Origin: Eledone cirrhosa
Taxonomy: Eukaryota
Length of the DNA stretch: 64,000 nt
Assembly: GCA_964016885.1 (NCBI GenBank)
Contig: OZ024747.1
Span: 12,462,001-12,526,000, forward strand
Direction of reading: 5' to 3'
This document shows positions 30,001 to 41,532 of this stretch, in pieces (the stretch's first letter is position 1; the number at the start of each line of letters is the position of its first letter). The translations under genes and the position numbers were made by a program. The notes below the pieces were generated by a model. That model ran no database searches. It saw only the letters and a list, made by a program, of their open reading frames with translations, and had not been told where the DNA came from.

Positions 30001-31430
30001 TACCAGGGAATATGAACAGGTATGGTAAAGGTAAACTACCAGGGAATATGAACAGGTAAGCTAAACTGCCAGGGAATATGAACAGGTATGGTAAACTACC
30101 AGGGAATATGAACAGGTATGGTAAACTACCAGGGAATATGAACAGGTATGGTAAACTACCAGGGAATATGAACAGGTAAGGTAAACTGCCAGGGAATATG
30201 AACAGGTATGGTAAACTACCAGGGAATATGAACAGGTATGGTAAACTGCCAGGGAATATGAACAGGTATGGTAAAGGTAAACTACCAGGGAATATGAACA
30301 GGTATGGTAAAGGTAAACTACCAGGGAATATGAACAGGTAAGGTAAAGGTAAACTGCCAGGGAATATGAACAGGTAAGGTAAACTGCCAGGGAATATGAA
30401 CAGTTATGGTAAACTACCAGGGAATATGAACAGGTATGGTAAAGGTAAACTACCAGGGAATATGAACAGGTATGGTAAACTACCAGGGAATATGAACAGG
30501 TAAGGTAAAGGTAAACTGCCAGGGAATATGAACAGGTAAGGTAAACTGCCAGGGAATATGAACAGGTATGGTAAAGGTAAACTGCCAGGGAATATGAACA
30601 GGTATGGTAAAGGTAAACTGCCAGGGAATATGAACAGGTATGGTAAAGGTAAACTACCAGGGAATATGAACAGGTATGGTAAAGGTAAACTGCCAGGGAA
30701 TATGAACAGGTATGGTAAACTACCAGGGAATATGAACAGGTATGGTAAAGGTAAACTGCCAGGGAATATGAACAGGTAAGGTAAAGGTAAACTGCCAGGG
30801 AATATGAACAGGTATGGTAAAGGTAAACTGCCAGGGAATATGAACAGGTATGGTAAAGGTAAACTGCCAGGGAATATGAACAGGTATGGTAAAGGTAAAC
30901 TGCCAGGGAATATGAACAGGTAAGGTAAACTACCAGGGAATATGAACAGGTATGGTAAACTGCCAGGGAATATGAACAGGTATGGTAAAGGTAAACTACC
31001 AGGGAATATGAACAGGTATGGTAAAGGTAAACTGCCAGGGAATATGAACAGGTATGGTAAAGGTAAACTGCCAGGGAATATGAACAGGTATGGTAAAGGT
31101 AAACTACCAGGGAATATGAACAGGTATGGTAAAGGTAAACTACCAGGGAATATGAACAGGTAAGGTAAAGGTAAACTACCAGGGAATATGAACAGGTATG
31201 GTAAAGGTAAACTGCCAGGGAATATGAACAGGTATGGTAAAGGTAAACTGCCAGGGAATATGAACAGGTATGGTAAAGGTAAACTGCCAGGGAATATGAA
31301 CAGGTATGGTAAAGGTAAACTACCAGGGAATATGAACAGGTATGGTAAAGGTAAACTACCAGGGAATATGAACAGGTAAGGTAAACTACCAGGGAATATG
31401 AACAGGTATGGTAAACTACCTGAGAATATG
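1..31430. repeat. Giant minisatellite, consensus GGTATGGTAAAGGTAAACTGCCAGGGAATATGAACA (36 bp) with 30-bp and 31-bp length variants
   Basis: Uninterrupted tandem units from base 1 to ...ACTACCTGAGAATATG at 31,430. Recurrent variants are TAT/TAA, CTG/CTA/CTT, CCA/CCT/ACA and loss of GGTAAA. About 900 units, estimated as length divided by ~34 bp. Confidence 0.98.
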
Positions 31431-31470
31431 TGGGTGAGGGGAAAAAGAAAACAAACCCATTCCTCTAAGT

Positions 31471-31788
31471 CAAAATTTCTCAAACTTTTTGGGTCACCTC
31501 ACGACCACATATTACCCTCAACGCCCCCTCAACCCTATTTCCAGAGAGACCTGCCTGCACGCAAATTGTAAATAATATATAATAAATAAAATCGTTAATT
31601 TATATTTAATAAATAATATAATATATACTATGTATAAATAAATATTATATATTTTTTTTATTTTACTACATTTGATATACTATTACATCATCTCCACCGC
31701 CCCCACCATCGACCCCTCAGTCCCCAGCGCCCCTGTGGACCTTCTCATCGGCCCTATGGGGCAGTAACGCTCACTTTGAGAACCTCTG
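31471..31788. mobile_element. Degenerate non-autonomous hAT-type MITE
   Basis: Imperfect TIRs CAAAATTTCTCAAACT / ACTTTGAGAACCTCTG; 8-bp TSD CTCTAAGT (31,463-70) / CTATAAGT (31,789-96), 7/8 identical. Confidence 0.65.
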
Positions 31789-32297
31789 CTATAAGTGAAC
31801 CTATGCGGGAAGTGAATAAAATATCTGTCTTTCGAGAACTCTGTGAAGTTCACAGGCATTCAAATAGCCAATGAATAATTTATGAACAAATTGATCGAAA
31901 TGTCGAAAAAATAGGAATGGCTTTCTCCATTCTGTCCTCCGCTGGGACCATGAAGCGGCTTACCTCTGTGGTCCTGCACGTCGGAGGCCGTCCTCCCACA
32001 TTGTCCGGACATGTATAAATTAATGTAACAATGGTATACGTTGCTGATATTCATATTTGCAACAGACATTGAACTACACAAGTATTCCTTACATTAAACA
32101 TAGCCCGGATAAAAAAAAGATACTGTACACATTCAGATAGGCTTCAATTTTGTGGAGATGCAAGCAGGAAATTGTTAAAAAGAAACAAGAAATTGAAGGA
32201 TCTTTCATATCCACTCCAACACCCGAATTCTTCACGTGGATTTCGAGATTGAATATTTTGAGTTCATGGGTGCAACGTATTTAGAATTGAAAGGTAG

Positions 32298-32495
32298 TCA
32301 GAGTCATGGAGGGTGCACTGACCAAACCATCAGGGTCATGGAGGGTGCTCTGCTCAAACTTTCAGGCTTATGGTGGAGGGGTAGTGTTTTGTTCAAAACG
32401 TCCGGGTCATGAGTGGGTTTCTCTAATCAAACCATCAAGGTCACGGAGTGCTCTGATCAAATCGTCAGGATCTCGGGATGCTCTGATCAAACCTA
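32298..32495. repeat. Short degenerate tandem repeat (~30-40-bp unit TCAGGGTCATGGAGGGTGCTCTGATCAAAC)
   Basis: About six diverged copies visible. Confidence 0.6.
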
Positions 32496-32668
32496 GCGTG
32501 TTAGTGAATTGCCTTCACTTACAATTTTTTACATTCATTTATTTATATCTATATATGTATACATAAATCAGGATGAAATCATTTGAAGCTGGTTAGACCA
32601 TTACTCAACAGAGTACTCGATACTTGGGGTAGTAGACTAGGTCCCGACTCTTTATAATATATATATAT

Positions 32669-32705
<37 letters not shown>

Positions 32706-32706
<1 letters not shown>

Positions 32707-32878
32707 CGAAGGAAATGTGGTAAGGAACCAGGTGGACCATAACGCACCAAAGTACTCAATACTTAGGGTAGTAGAGTAGAGTGGGTAATAGGAACGAGTA
32801 GGACCCCGACGGCTGAGCTCAAGCCGTTTCGACGGCTAATTCTTGAGCTCAGCCGTCTGGGTCCTACTCGTTCCTATA
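32706..32878 (-). mobile_element. Penelope-like terminal remnant (family A, copy 1) with inverted duplication and 3' half-hammerhead
   Basis: Abuts a (TA)n tract. Arms 32,789-32,823 and 32,842-32,876 are inverted. The minus strand reads GAAA-CGGC-ttgagctca-GCCG-TC-GGGGTC. Family assignment is inference. Confidence 0.6.
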
Positions 32879-32993
32879 GATATATATTACTCCGGAGTTA
32901 ACAGACCCACCTGCGCACTTCGTTGAGTGCTCTACCCATCATACTCGGTAATTAACCAACACATACACACACACACACACACACATAATACAT

Positions 32994-33040
<47 letters not shown>

Positions 33041-33120
33041 CAAAGGGATATTTAATTTGTTGGTAATTCAACTATCCAAGAAAATCTTGAATCGTTAAGA
33101 TCTCGTTCCTGGATATGTCA

Positions 33121-33221
33121 ATATTTATAAAACAAACTTTGTATTTTATCTGATGAGAGCGTACCAAAGTTTTGGTACCCTTGAAATATATATAATAGAA
33201 TAAATATGGTTTTATAAATAT
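33121..33221 (+). ncRNA. Type I hammerhead ribozyme (minimal palindromic stem III, Penelope-like)
   Basis: Stem I TATTTTAT/ATAGAATA, extended by a 13-bp pair ATATTTATAAAAC/GTTTTATAAATAT. CTGATGA at 33,150-56; stem II GAGcGTACCAAA/TTTGGTACcCTT; GAAA at 33,183-86; stem III ATATATAT; predicted cleavage after 33,194. Confidence 0.75.
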
Positions 33222-33289
33222 AGTTTCCATTTATTAATATCATTGATATATATTATATATATTATATATATAATATATATTTAATATAT

Positions 33290-34033
33290 ATTTAATAAAT
33301 GGCAATTTCTGTCTATTGTGAGCCTAAAACTCAAAAACTACCAAACCGATCTTGATGAAACTTGACACGTGTGTGGAGTTCAAACCCCTTCTGAGAACGC
33401 CCGCTTAATTTTTTCCCTTCGATTTATATGAAATTTAAACCATAGATAAAGGACAAGATATGATGCCTATTCACAAAATTTCAGCAAATTTCAATAATAT
33501 TAAGACACCCTAATGGGGTTAAACCCCCTATAGTAAAAATTTTGGCCAATAAATGGAACAAGATTTCACGAACTCCTCCTATGGTTTTCGAGATAGACCC
33601 CCCCACCCCCACCCCATAACCATATATATTCTGAAACTACATTGCCCAGGGTACTTGGATAAGTATATTTCATTTTAATCAAAGGGTTCCCGGGGGCTCA
33701 AAACCTCCGCTAAAAAAAATTTTCCTTCGATTTATATGAAATTTAAACCATAGGTAAATGACAAGATATGATGCCTATTCACAAAATTTCAGCAATGAAA
33801 ACCCCTAATGGGGGTTCTATTTTTTTCCTTATAGCAACACTCAACTTCTTTGACAAACATTCTTTTCGTTTGACCAATGCAATCAACAATATTTGTTTGT
33901 ATTATTGTTTCGTAAATGAATGCCTTCGCTTTTGATTATCTGTCCTATATTTTGATTCCATTTTTGGTCTGAAAGGCACTGGGCATTTTAATGGGAACTG
34001 GGAATACCCCCGCTCCCGGGTGCCTCAGCTAGT
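33290..34033 (+). mobile_element. Non-autonomous Helitron/Helentron-like element with an internal direct repeat at ~310-bp spacing
   Basis: Ends in a GC-rich degenerate hairpin followed by CAGCTAGT (CTAG at 34,029-32). Has a 5' ...AAACCGATCTTGATGAAACTT motif. A ~75-bp block TTCGATTTATATGAAATTTAAACCATAG...TCAGCAA occurs at ~33,415 and ~33,725. Confidence 0.55.
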
Positions 34034-34057
34034 ATATAAATATATATATATATATAA

Positions 34058-34233
34058 AACAAAGAAAGTCTGGTAAGAAACCAGGCGGACCATAACGTAC
34101 CAGAATACTCGATTCTTGGGGTAGTAGAGTGGGTAATAGGAAAAGAGTCAGGACCCCGACGGCTGAGCTCCGGCCGTTTCGGATCTAGCTGTCGAAACGG
34201 CCGGAACTCAGCCGTCTGAGACCTGACTCTTTT
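34058..34233 (-). mobile_element. Penelope-like terminal remnant (family A, copy 2) with inverted duplication
   Basis: Homologous to 32,706-32,878 and flanked by (TA)n. Half-hammerheads GAAACGGC...GCCGTC occur on both strands. Confidence 0.6.
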
Positions 34234-34234
34234 G

Positions 34235-34318
<84 letters not shown>

Positions 34319-34381
34319 ATAATAATAATAGTAATAATAAATGTGAAGACTAAAATCCGAAGAGGGCTCGATAAGGATTAT

Positions 34382-34439
<58 letters not shown>

Positions 34440-34732
34440 CAGCTGTTTTCAGGTTATGTAACTGTTATAGAAACACGTGTCAATAAATTCCTTTCAACTA
34501 AACTGTATCCATTCAAATCTTTCTATTTTTCTCCGGATTACTTTTGGAACTACAACTGGAACCGTTGAGCAAACTCTACGTGAGCTCTCAATCTACTGTG
34601 TGTAATATTTATATTACAACACAACGGAAAATACTGTATATATATATATATATATATATCCCCACCCTCAAGAGTGTGAAACTAATAAACCTTTGTTTGT
34701 ACTGCCTCTCTGTTTTGTTCCCGTTCCATTTT

Positions 34733-34788
<56 letters not shown>

Positions 34789-35069
34789 TTGCAAGCTTTT
34801 TGATATAAAACCGTGTGTCGAAACAAATATTGCTATACACTGGTCAATCAATGATAAACGTTGATTGCCAAATAAATTAACTATGGAGATATAAAAGATA
34901 CAGAAGCGAAAACCAACCAAACAGTGAGTGTGTTCTGTTATTATTTCTGGCAATATTATTACAACAATATGACCTTCCCCAAGTATATATATATATGAAA
35001 AGTGAAAGCAGCGATTCTTTGCTTAAATTTTAATCTGTTCTTATAATAAATATATATATATATATATAT

Positions 35070-35226
35070 AACGAAGGAAATGTGGTAAGGAACCAGGTGG
35101 ACCATAACGCACCAAAGTACTCAATACTTGAGGTAGTAGAGTGGGTAATAGGAACCAGTAAGACCCCGACAGCTGAGCATTAGCCGTCGAAACGGCTTGA
35201 GCTCAGCTGTCGGGGTCTTACTGGTT

Positions 35227-35230
<4 letters not shown>
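35070..35230 (-). mobile_element. Penelope-like terminal remnant (family A, copy 3) with inverted duplication
   Basis: First ~60 bp near-identical to copy 1 and flanked by (TA)n. The plus strand reads GAAACGGCTTGAGCTCAGCTGTC-GGGGTC. Confidence 0.6.
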
Positions 35231-35295
<65 letters not shown>

Positions 35296-35445
35296 AATGT
35301 GCAATGTGTGTGTCTATGTATGTTTATTCTTGAAAACATCGAAACAAACAATTATAAAGAAGAATAACATATATAATGGCGGTGCCCCAGCATGGCCTCA
35401 GCCGGATGGCTGGAGCAGGTAAAAGAGTGAAAGAATATCTCTTAC

Positions 35446-35538
35446 CTCTGGAACAACAGCGATGTGATCATCAAAATCCGTTGACTGTTGCCTCCTCATC
35501 ACTTCTGCTCTTTCGAAACTTATTGATCGTGCATCCAT
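35446..35538 (-). CDS. Candidate first coding exon of an unidentified gene (MDARSISFERAEVMRRQQSTDFDDHIAVVPE)
   Basis: AAGATGG Kozak-like start, 31 open codons, strong donor GAG|GTAAGA at phase 0, and unique UTR-like sequence upstream to ~36,080. Confidence 0.5.
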
Positions 35539-36285
35539 CTTGAAAGACTTTGACTCTTAGAAAGTTTTAACGATTTTATTCGGGGACTTGAAAAGTCTTA
35601 AAAGTATAAAATTCTTGAACGACAAAAATATTTAAGAAATAACTCGATTATGTGAATAGTAGTCAAATAATTTAGACTTCGACGAAATAATCTTTCTTTC
35701 TGTTTTCTTGAGATATTTTTTTGTTTTAGTTTGTTTGTTTTTGGAGCGTTGTTTTTTTTTTAGGGGGGGGGGGTCTTTTAGGGGTTGTTTTATTCAATTT
35801 TTTTTTCTTGTGATATTTTTAATTCGAGTTTGTTTGGGTGTTTTTTTTTAGTTTTTTTTTTTATTTCTCAGTCGTTTTCTTCCGTGTTTGTCACCCTGTG
35901 TATTTTTTCTTTGTTTTTGGTCTGTTTTTCTGGGGTTTTGGGGGTTTTTTTGTTTTGTTTTTTTTTCCAATTTTATTGTTGTTTCTTCAACAAAAAAAAA
36001 ATCTCAAAATATCTTCGTATTTGCAATTTTCTTCCTATTCCGGATTATTCACCAAAACCGGAACAAGTCGTAGCTGAGTATTAAATGTTGTGTCTGTACA
36101 AAAAAGAGAGGAAAACATTTGTTTTTAAAAATCAAAACCAAAAAATATATATAATAAAATGAAGTTAATATTAAACAAATTCAAATAAAAATAATTAATA
36201 TTTTAAATAAGAAAATGTAATTATTAGTTTAATTAATTTAATTAACTGTGACTTATACTCTTGTCTATCATGTATGTATGTATAT

Positions 36286-36330
<45 letters not shown>

Positions 36331-36372
36331 TCGAAACATAAGTCAATTGCATGAACTCATAATCCTTTATTT

Positions 36373-36424
36373 ACTGCTATATTTCGATGATAGCCATTGA
36401 ATGGCTATGACCTCATCAGGCAAT
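36373..36424 (-). ncRNA. Type I hammerhead ribozyme, ultra-minimal stem III
   Basis: The minus strand reads ATTGC-CTGATGA-GGTcATAGCCAT-tca-ATGGCTATcATC-GAAA-TA-TA-GCAGT. It sits in a ~160-bp insert between (TA)n tracts. Confidence 0.65.
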
Positions 36425-36483
36425 TAGTCAGTTCTTAGATATGCCAGCTCTGTGTTTATAGTGTTGATGGTATCAGAGCCTTG

Positions 36484-36522
<39 letters not shown>

Positions 36523-36559
36523 AAAATGGGACATATATATATATATATAGGAAAATGTT

Positions 36560-36637
36560 CAAGACCCCGACAGCAGAGCTCACTACCCTAAGTATTGAGT
36601 ACTCCGGTGCGTTATAGTCTACCAGATTCCCTACCAC
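36560..36637 (+). mobile_element. Rearranged fragment of family A
   Basis: CTACCCTAAGTATTGAGTACTCCGGTGCGTTAT is the reverse complement of the family A body. Confidence 0.5.
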
Positions 36638-36731
36638 TAGATAGATATATAGGGAGAGAGAGAGAGATAGATAGATATGTGTGGGGGTGTATGTTTTATG
36701 GTTAAACTAAGTATAAAGTTTATATCACGTC

Positions 36732-37682
36732 CTTGTTGTTGCTATTGTCATTGTTGTCTTTGCTGTTGTTTTTATTGTTGTTGTTGTTGTTATTATTAAT
36801 GTCCTTGTTCTTGTTGTTGTCGTTGCTGTTGTTCTTCTTCTTGTAGTTATTTCTTGTTGTTGTTGTTGGTGTTGTAGTTGAAGTTAATTGTTGCCCTTGC
36901 TGTTGTTCTTGCAGTTGTTTCTTGTTGTTGTAGTTGTTTGTTGTTGTAGTTATTTGTTGTTATTGTTGTTGTAGTTGTTTGTTGTTATTGTTGTTGTTCT
37001 TACAGTTATTTGTTTGTCGTTGTTATTGTTGTTATAGTTATTTGTTGTTATTACTGCTGTTCTTGTACTTGTAGTTCTTATTGTTGTTCTTCTTGTACTT
37101 GCAGTTGTTTGTCGTTGTTGTTGTTCTCCTTATTTCACTTATTTGTTGTTATTGTTGTTGTTGTTCTTATTCTTCTAGTTATATATTGTCGTTGTTATTG
37201 TTGTTGTTGTTGCATTAACAATTGTTCATTGAATGACATTGTTGTAGTAGTTGTAGTTGTAGCTGTAGTTGTTGTTGTTGTAGTAGTTGTAGTTGCTGTA
37301 GTAGTTGTTGCAGTAGTTGTAGTAGTTGTTGTTGTAGTTGTTGTAGTTGCTGTAGTAGTTGTTGTTGTTGTAGTAGTTGTAGTTGTTGTAGTAGTTGTAG
37401 TTGCTGTAGTAGTTGTTGCAGTTGTTGTAGTTGTTGTTGTAGTAGTAGTAGTTGTTGCAGTTGTAGTTGTAGTTGTTGTAGTATTAGTTGTAGTTGTTGT
37501 AGTAGTTGCTGTTGTAGTTGTTGTTGTAGTATTAGTTGTAGTTGTTGTTGTTGTTGTTGTACTAGTTGTAGTTGCTGTAGTACTAGTTGTAGTTGTTGTA
37601 GTAGTTGTTGTAGTACTAGTTGTAGTTGTAGTCGTTGTAGTAGTTGTTGTAGTACTAGCTGTAGTTGTAGTTGTTGTTGTTG
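36732..37682. repeat. Degenerate (GTT/GTA)n trinucleotide tract
   Basis: Directly visible; source of the poly-V and poly-T ORFs. Confidence 0.9.
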
Positions 37683-37779
37683 ACGTCAAACTTTATATAT
37701 CCATTAAGATCTTCAAATACTTGTATCATACTTTTTCACATTAAAACGGAGTTTATCTCATCTTTTGCTGTGTCATTTA

Positions 37780-37806
37780 TTTGTGTGTGTGTATATATAT
37801 ATATAG

Positions 37807-37898
<92 letters not shown>

Positions 37899-37911
37899 CA
37901 TATATATATAA

Positions 37912-37944
<33 letters not shown>

Positions 37945-38557
37945 GCATATATATATATAAATATGTGTGTGTATATAAATATATAAATGTGTGTATGTGT
38001 GTGAGTGAGCAAATTAATCAAATAATTAATTAAATCATTAATCAATATGTGAGTCTGTGTATCGATATGGTTATCTGATTGGTAAATTTTCCACTGAATT
38101 TTCATTTACGTGTACGTCTAAAAAAATTCTACGCATTTACACATGCATAGATACAAACAAATATACACACATGGGCACTCAATTATGTGTGCATATATAT
38201 ATGTATTTACACATGCATATATACATAAATGTATGCATATATACATACATGTATATATACATATACAGCCAGTCAGTCAAATATGTATGCACATATATAC
38301 ATTTACACATACATACATACATACATATACACATATTTACGTGCATGTATATATACATACATAGTCAGTCATTCAAATATGTATGCACATATAAACATTT
38401 ACACATGCATACATACATGTATATATATATACATCCATACATACATGCATATATACACACACAGTCACTCAAATATGTATGCACATATATATATATAATA
38501 CATTTACACATACATACATACATGCATATATACACACACTGTCACTCAAATATGTAT

Positions 38558-38641
<84 letters not shown>

Positions 38642-38697
38642 CATTTACACATACATACATGCATATATACACACACTGTCACTCAAATATGTATGCG

Positions 38698-38759
<62 letters not shown>

Positions 38760-38912
38760 CATTTACACATACATACATGTATATATACACACGCTGTCAC
38801 TCAAATATGTATGCACATGAATACTTACAAAGGCCAAAAAGGGACGAAAGTCGAAAACAATGTTGCGTAGAACTTATCACGGCTGTGTATATAGATGTAT
38901 ACTTATATGCAC

Positions 38913-38950
<38 letters not shown>
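37780..38950. repeat. Compound (TA)/(CA)/(CATA) microsatellite with recurring anchor GTCACTCAAATATGTATGC
   Basis: The anchor recurs about six times between 38,270 and 38,815. Confidence 0.85.
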
Positions 38951-38952
<2 letters not shown>

Positions 38953-39922
38953 TAAAATAATATACAGCTCACATAAAATAACTTGGAGATCGAAATATCG
39001 AAACTATTGGTAGATAAAACACCAAGCTATTTTGTATTAGCTGTTATTATATTAACTTTGAGAATTATCTCTTTGTATACATTTCTATAATGTGGGCATG
39101 TAATGTGTTTGCTAGACTCCGCCTAAGGCCCGCTGTTTCCCATTCGTTTAAGGTACAGATTCGAAAGTGTTCGAAAAGTAAGAAAATAGAAGCCGGCTCT
39201 TAAGTAGGAGAAATAGGAAAGGGGTGGAGAAGAAAGAGAGAAACCATGTAAACGACAGAGAAAGAAGGAGGAATGGGGGATAATATTAAAGAAAAGAGAG
39301 ACTGGCTGAAGTTGGGATAGAGTTAACGCAAGGAAAAGAGTAGGAGGATAGACAGAGAATGGCTGTATAAGAAAGAGTAATATTAAGAGAGTGTTGAGAG
39401 TGTTTGAGAGAGCAATATAGACAGGATAAAATAAAAAGAAAGACAAGGAATCAGTAAGAGAAAAAAGTTGATGTTTTTCTTTTTGATATCTGTCGTCTGC
39501 GCTATACAATTCTTCTATAATTTATAGTGGTGGCTTGTTTTAAGACTACACTTATAACTATAGACGTGTCCACTGTTGATGCTGCTGTTGTAATCACTGC
39601 TGCTGTTGCTACTGCTGTCATATTTTTGTTCTGGACATTTTTGTTTGTTTGTTCATCTGTTTGTTATTTTCTGTTATTTTCTGTTTGTGTGGGTGTTTAA
39701 GTTCGTTGTTAACGAATGTCAACAATAAGAAGATGGGTGTGGCGAGTGACACAGTGGAGAAATGAGAATCTCGATAAATAAATACCTAAATTGGGCTCCA
39801 GCTCCAATCTTTTTTCTTTTATAATTCCATTCACATCTAAGATGCCTCATCTCTCTTTCTCTTTCTCTCGCCATTCACTGCTAAAACAACAGCAACAACA
39901 ACAACAGTAGTACAAACAATAG

Positions 39923-39954
<32 letters not shown>

Positions 39955-40035
39955 ACATCAACATCAACATCAACCATAACATTTAGTGGTAATTCTGTAG
40001 TATCCACCCTCAGGGACGTAAGCTACAGTTGTTAA

Positions 40036-40225
40036 GGGTGGTGGATTGGCAGTATCGGTAGAGGGTCAGACACCATGCTTTGCAGCATAGAGTTATGGCC
40101 CTTTACGGTCTGAGTTCAAATCCCGCCGAGGTTAACTTTGCCTTTCATCCTTACGGGGTCGATAAAATAAAGTACCAGTAATGCACTGAGTAATTGCTGG
40201 CCTTGTGCCTAAAGTAGAAACAATT
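40036..40225 (+). mobile_element. tRNA-derived SINE (family S1)
   Basis: B-box-like GAGTTCAAATCCC followed by CTTTGCCTTTCATCCTTACGGGGTCGATAAAATAAAGTACCAG. About ten homologous copies occur in the window. Confidence 0.8.
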
Positions 40226-40244
40226 ATTAAGAATATAAATCGAA

Positions 40245-40499
40245 CCGCCAGTATTTGATTGGTGTTTTATTCTATCGATCTTGGCCTGATGAAAGGCGAA
40301 ATTGATCCCGCCGGTATTTGAAATATCGAATATAGTCCATTATATTTCACTTAGGTAGGGATGTTAGGGCAGCAGATTGAATACCTTGCGGTGTTTATTT
40401 CTTATCTCTATCCTTTGATTTCAAATCCCGCCGAAATCAACTTTGCCTTTCATCCTTCCGGAATTGTTAAATAAAGTACCAGTCATGTACTCCGGGATC

Positions 40500-40502
<3 letters not shown>
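40245..40502. mobile_element. Two degenerate S1 SINE fragments (minus, then plus)
   Basis: GATGAAAGGCGAAATTGATCCCGCCGG and TTCAAATCCCGCCGAAATCAACTTTGCCTTTCATCC. Confidence 0.6.
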
Positions 40503-40590
<88 letters not shown>

Positions 40591-40875
40591 GTGTACTTTA
40601 CAATCAAAGTATTTTTCAATATCTCAGCTCCGTTTCTGGATGCCAGAGTAGCCCCAATATAACCCGTAGCATGACTGAACTCGGAGCCAACTGGTTGCAA
40701 AACAAACTCCTTAACCCCTCAACCAAGCCTGCGCCTGATATGAGAGTCCAACACTATTGTTTCTGGCCCCACCCCACCACCGCCCACCAAAAAGGGCTCA
40801 GTAACAATAACAATTGTTGAGCATCATAGAACTAAGTTAACTTTTGACAAATCAAGATAAAAGTGTTGTTTAAAT

Positions 40876-41215
40876 CAGGGGTTCTCAACCTTTTTTTCGC
40901 TGTGGACCACCAAAATAAGTAATTTTTTCCTGTTGACCACCTAAACTTTTAAATCTTTTGTAATAGAACTGCTACTTATAAGCATCAGTAGATGTTTTTT
41001 TTTTCAATGAATTAGAAAATGCTATTATCATGTCGCAGTGCCTAAAAATCTACGCAAATAAACAGCTGAAGTCGTACTTATGCGAAGAATAAGAACAGCG
41101 CTTTAAGTCAAATGCATGGATCAAAAAAGAATTTGCTATTGAAAATTTTCTGTGGACCACCTGAATTTTCTTGTGGACCACTAGTGGACCACATGGACCA
41201 GGTTGAGAACCCCTG
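40876..41215. mobile_element. Non-autonomous hAT MITE, 340 bp
   Basis: Perfect TIR CAGGGGTTCTCAACC / GGTTGAGAACCCCTG; 8-bp TSD GTTTAAAT / GTTTAAAA; repeated subterminal TGGACCAC motifs. Confidence 0.88.
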
Positions 41216-41532
41216 GTTTAAAACCCTCAGCTTAAAGGTATTTCACATCATCACTGCCGCTAGTGCCTGCTGGCATAACATGATCGTCACAACTTCCATA
41301 TCTGATCCCCTAAAAGTCAACGTGGGAAGACTCTGTGTAGCTGTTCAGCCTGCTAGAAATAGCAACCAAATACTCCTCAAATCATACTCCGCCATAAATA
41401 TGGAAATACAGATTGGATAATGTAGTTTTATATTTATTATATTTAAAACAAAAACGACATGTTAGTCACGGTTGGAACATCATTGATTATAGTTTTGCTC
41501 GATCAGTGTTAATGCGGGGTTAAACAACAACA

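Noticed and set aside
1348-31379. MNRYGKGKLPGN plus-strand ORFs
   Set aside because: Artefacts of the 36/30-bp period, broken throughout by the common TAT-to-TAA variant.
30060-31419. Array as a giant coding exon spliced in phase 0 to exon 35,446
   Set aside because: That frame (VVYHTCSYSL) hits TAG at the GCTAAAC variants near 30,061 and 29,725, and TGA near 19,540.
1-31430. CRISPR array
   Set aside because: No unique spacers and no cas genes; units are directly adjacent in a eukaryotic context.
31964-32080. Exon ending at donor GAG|GTAAGC
   Set aside because: No convincing acceptor and no recognisable peptide.
37010-39013. Poly-V, poly-T and YIYI/HTHT ORFs
   Set aside because: Microsatellite translations.
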